This document shows, one piece after another, positions 61,531 through 64,000 of a stretch of 64,000 nucleotides of DNA. Positions within the stretch are counted from its first letter, which is position 1, and the number at the start of each line of letters is the position of its first letter. Below the pieces are notes generated by a model, which was not told the DNA's origin, searched no databases, and saw only the letters and a list, made by a program, of their open reading frames with translations. The stretch spans positions 17,375-81,374 of the IMG/VR virus record IMGVR_UViG_3300045988_077266, one strand, 5' to 3'. Position numbers and translations under genes: made by a program. The DNA comes from a virus.

Positions 61531-63453
61531 TTGGATATTACACTTAAACTAAGCAAAGACTTTGAACGTTGTCTTGAGGACTTAAAGAAAAAGTACGGAG
61601 AAGATTTTGAATACATCAATGGTCTACACCCAAATCAACTTGATTTCTCTGAGTTCCTTGATAAGTTTGTTGCTGAAGATACCATGGCCGATGCAACTAT
61701 TGACCCCAATGCCAATGCGCGGCACAAGGACATTCGTTCTTTTATGACTGAAAAAGGTAAGTCTGAAGATAAGTTATTTGGTCTAAATAAAATTTTTACT
61801 GAAATCAAAAAACGTTGGGGTTTAAGAACAGCCAAACAGTGGCTTGAACAGGAGTTTAGTAAAGGTTTTTATCTAAATGATAGTGCGACAGCCAGTTATT
61901 TCCCATATTGTTGGGCAAATGATTTTACTCGCCTTGCTACTGAGGGGCTGTTCTTTATCAATGACTATAACAACCAACCCCCTAAACACCTCACCACTTA
62001 TCTTGACGATGTTATTGAGTTTGTATCGTTCCTATCTAATCGTCAGTCTGGTGCAGTAGGTATGCCCAATGTTCTGATTTGGGCCTATTATTTCTGGAAG
62101 CACGATATTGAGAATGGATACTATTTGAAAGACCCTGACACTTATCTACGACAGTGTTTCCAAAAACTAATCTATCGTCTAAACCAACCCTTCCTACGCA
62201 TCGACCAAGCCAGCTTTACCAACGTAAGTATCTTTGACCGACCTTATCTTGAAAGCCTGTTTGGTGGCATGGAGTTCCCTGACGGCACTTTTGCCATTGA
62301 CCAGATTGAAGAAATGCTTGAGTGCCAAAAGGTGTTTATGGAGGTTGTAAGTGACATTCGTGAAGAACAGATGTTCACTTATCCTGTACTAACCTATTCT
62401 CTACTTTATAAAGATGGCAAGTTTGTAGATGAGGATTTTGCTCGGTGGTGCAGCAATCACAATATCAAGTGGTCTGATAGCAACTTCTTTGTAAGCGATA
62501 ATGTGGGTGTTTTGTCTAACTGTTGCCGTTTGCTTAGTGATACTAACAAGTTAGATGCCTTTATCAACTCTATTGGTGGCACAGCCCTTTCTGTTGGCTC
62601 TTGCCGTGTAAGCACTGTCAACCTTGTGCGTATTGCTTACGAAAGCAAGTTGAACAAGAAGAAGTATTTAGACATTCTGCGAGATAGAGTATTGCTAGAC
62701 TGCAAAGCACTAACCTCCATGCGCCACATCCTAAAGCGCAACATTGAAAAGGGTCTACTACCTAACTATCAAGACGGCGCTGTTGAGCTTGATAAGCAAT
62801 TCTGTACTATTGGCGGTATTGGTATGTATGAGGTCATGGATTTGTTTGGCCTTATCAATACGGATGAATTCGGTAACAAGTCTTATAGTGATGAGGCCGT
62901 TGAGTTTGCCAGTCAAATCCTCGACACCATGAATGATGTTAAAGACCATTTTGAGTGCGACTTCACCTTTAACATTGAGATGATTCCTGCTGAAAACTGT
63001 GCCGGTGTCATCTGCACCGCTGACAATCTACTATACGAGCAGAACAAATATTTCATCTACTCTAACCAGTGGATTCCTCTTATGGAAAAGTGTACTATCC
63101 AAGAAAAGTGTCGTTTAGGCCATCTATTTGATGCCAAGTGTGGCGGTGGTTGCATTGCTCACATTGATATTGAGAACCGCTTTCCTAATGAAGAAGCTGC
63201 TTGGGATATGCTGAATTATGTGGCTAAACAAGGCGTGATTTACTTTGCTTTTACCACTAAGATTAACGTTTGTGAAGATAAACACGCCTTTATTGGTACT
63301 AAAGAGTGTCCTCAATGTGGTAAGCCTATAGCTGACCAATATGCTCGTGTGGTAGGGTTTTATACCCCCGTTTCCGGTTATCAGCGCATCCGTAAAAGCG
63401 AGTTTAATCAGCGTAAATGGTATGATGTTCTAAACAAGGACGGGATTATGTAA
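61531..63453 (+). CDS. nrdD: anaerobic ribonucleoside-triphosphate reductase (class III)
   Basis: 640 aa. It has the C-terminal zinc motif CPQCG and the glycyl-radical motif RVVGFYTPV. TTG start 7 nt after GGAGGG. Confidence 0.75.
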   Translation: MDITLKLSKDFERCLEDLKKKYGEDFEYINGLHPNQLDFSEFLDKFVAEDTMADATIDPNANARHKDIRSFMTEKGKSEDKLFGLNKIFTEIKKRWGLRTAKQWLEQEFSKGFYLNDSATASYFPYCWANDFTRLATEGLFFINDYNNQPPKHLTTYLDDVIEFVSFLSNRQSGAVGMPNVLIWAYYFWKHDIENGYYLKDPDTYLRQCFQKLIYRLNQPFLRIDQASFTNVSIFDRPYLESLFGGMEFPDGTFAIDQIEEMLECQKVFMEVVSDIREEQMFTYPVLTYSLLYKDGKFVDEDFARWCSNHNIKWSDSNFFVSDNVGVLSNCCRLLSDTNKLDAFINSIGGTALSVGSCRVSTVNLVRIAYESKLNKKKYLDILRDRVLLDCKALTSMRHILKRNIEKGLLPNYQDGAVELDKQFCTIGGIGMYEVMDLFGLINTDEFGNKSYSDEAVEFASQILDTMNDVKDHFECDFTFNIEMIPAENCAGVICTADNLLYEQNKYFIYSNQWIPLMEKCTIQEKCRLGHLFDAKCGGGCIAHIDIENRFPNEEAAWDMLNYVAKQGVIYFAFTTKINVCEDKHAFIGTKECPQCGKPIADQYARVVGFYTPVSGYQRIRKSEFNQRKWYDVLNKDGIM

Positions 63454-63947
63454 TGGCGGATACCATAGCACTAAGAGATGTGGTAGTTGAAGATTTTTGT
63501 AATTATAAAGTCCCCTCAATGTTCCTTATCTCGTCTTACTGTGATTGGAAATGTTGTCATGAGGCCAATATTGATGAGTCCGTGTGTCAAAACCACGGGC
63601 TTGTCTCTGGCCCTATCAAACAGATTTCCTATAAAAGCCTGTATAAAGCATATATTAACAACGATATAACCAAAGCAATCGTTATTGGCGGTCTTGAACC
63701 AATGCTTCAAATTGATGAAGTGGTTGGTCTCATACATTATTTTAGAGAAAAATCATGCCAAGACACGTTCGTAATCTATACAGGGTATTATCCCTATGAG
63801 ATACCTAAACCCCTTTCTGAGCTTAAAAAACTACACAATATTACTATTAAATACGGACGTTATGACCCCAACCTCAAGGCCAGATATGATGATGTACTTG
63901 GAGTTATGTTGGCAAGTGAAAATCAATATGGGGAGGTTTTAAGTTGA
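63453..63947 (+). CDS. nrdG: NrdG-like activating enzyme with a non-canonical cysteine motif
   Basis: Directly coupled to nrdD as TAATG. FLISSYCDWKCCHE aligns with the NrdG SGCxxxCxxC region, but the third Cys is shifted (CxxxCC). IVIGGLEPM resembles the GGEP motif. Confidence 0.5.
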   Translation: MADTIALRDVVVEDFCNYKVPSMFLISSYCDWKCCHEANIDESVCQNHGLVSGPIKQISYKSLYKAYINNDITKAIVIGGLEPMLQIDEVVGLIHYFREKSCQDTFVIYTGYYPYEIPKPLSELKKLHNITIKYGRYDPNLKARYDDVLGVMLASENQYGEVLS

Positions 63948-64000
63948 TTAAAATTAAACTAACCGATGACATTGAACTACGACAAGAAATTATCGAAAAA
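63944..64000 (+). CDS. 5' end of an unidentified gene (runs off the window)
   Basis: TTG start 8 nt after GGGGAGG, overlapping the nrdG stop. The frame is open to the window edge. Confidence 0.3.
   Translation, partial: MIKIKLTDDIELRQEIIEK

Noticed and set aside
1-64000. Alternative genetic code or stop-codon reassignment.
   Set aside because: Long motif-bearing ORFs (up to about 1300 codons) are uninterrupted under the standard code. The genes end at ordinary stops followed by an RBS or a terminator.
1-64000. Retron, DGR or other reverse-transcriptase-based system, and prophage/host junctions.
   Set aside because: No RT-like motif (YxDD context) was seen in any substantial ORF. No template/variable repeat pair was seen. 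No recognisable host housekeeping genes flank the phage genes.

Overview
The window reads as one contiguous stretch of a large tailed dsDNA phage or prophage. The expression signals fit a low-GC Gram-positive-type host: AGGAGG ribosome-binding sites, TTGACA-17-TATAAT promoters with TG-extended -10 boxes, and hairpin plus T-run terminators. I see no host housekeeping genes, CRISPR array or reverse transcriptase. Positions 1-21.8 kb are all on the minus strand. One sigma70-type promoter there drives a small ORF, a YonO/RdRP-like two-barrel RNA polymerase, two HU-like proteins and a metallophosphoesterase. Behind it lies a promoter-poor late block with terminase, portal, capsid and tail genes. 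The putative tail tube gene is split by a td-like group I intron that carries a Vsr-like homing endonuclease gene in P8. Positions 21.8-64 kb are almost all on the plus strand. This part encodes nucleotide metabolism (dCMP deaminase, SHMT, NrdH/D/G and a MazG-like protein). It also encodes a replication and recombination set: an SSB-like protein, an AAA ATPase, DnaB, a beta-CASP nuclease, primase, a RecJ-like protein, a DNA methyltransferase, DnaE-type Pol III alpha and a RecD-like helicase. A tyrosine recombinase, a tRNA-Ile(UAU) and two free-standing HNH genes are present as well. The features most worth a second look are listed here. (1) A translationally coupled IscS-like cysteine desulfurase and PP-loop/PAPS-reductase-like pair, which may thiolate nucleic acid. 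(2) A 1.4 kb ORF-free region with mirror-image C-depleted and G-depleted arms, hairpins and phased ATATTCAT iterons, next to a lone reverse-strand HTH-like gene. (3) A TGGATA-rich C-depleted tract that, with the G-depleted arm, brackets a 4.4 kb module of individually promoted and terminated small genes. (4) About 500 nt of ORF-free, hairpin-rich sequence between the tRNA and the integrase. (5) A diverged duplicate of the primase 3' end flanking an HNH cassette. All product calls come from motif recognition by eye and memory; no database search was run.
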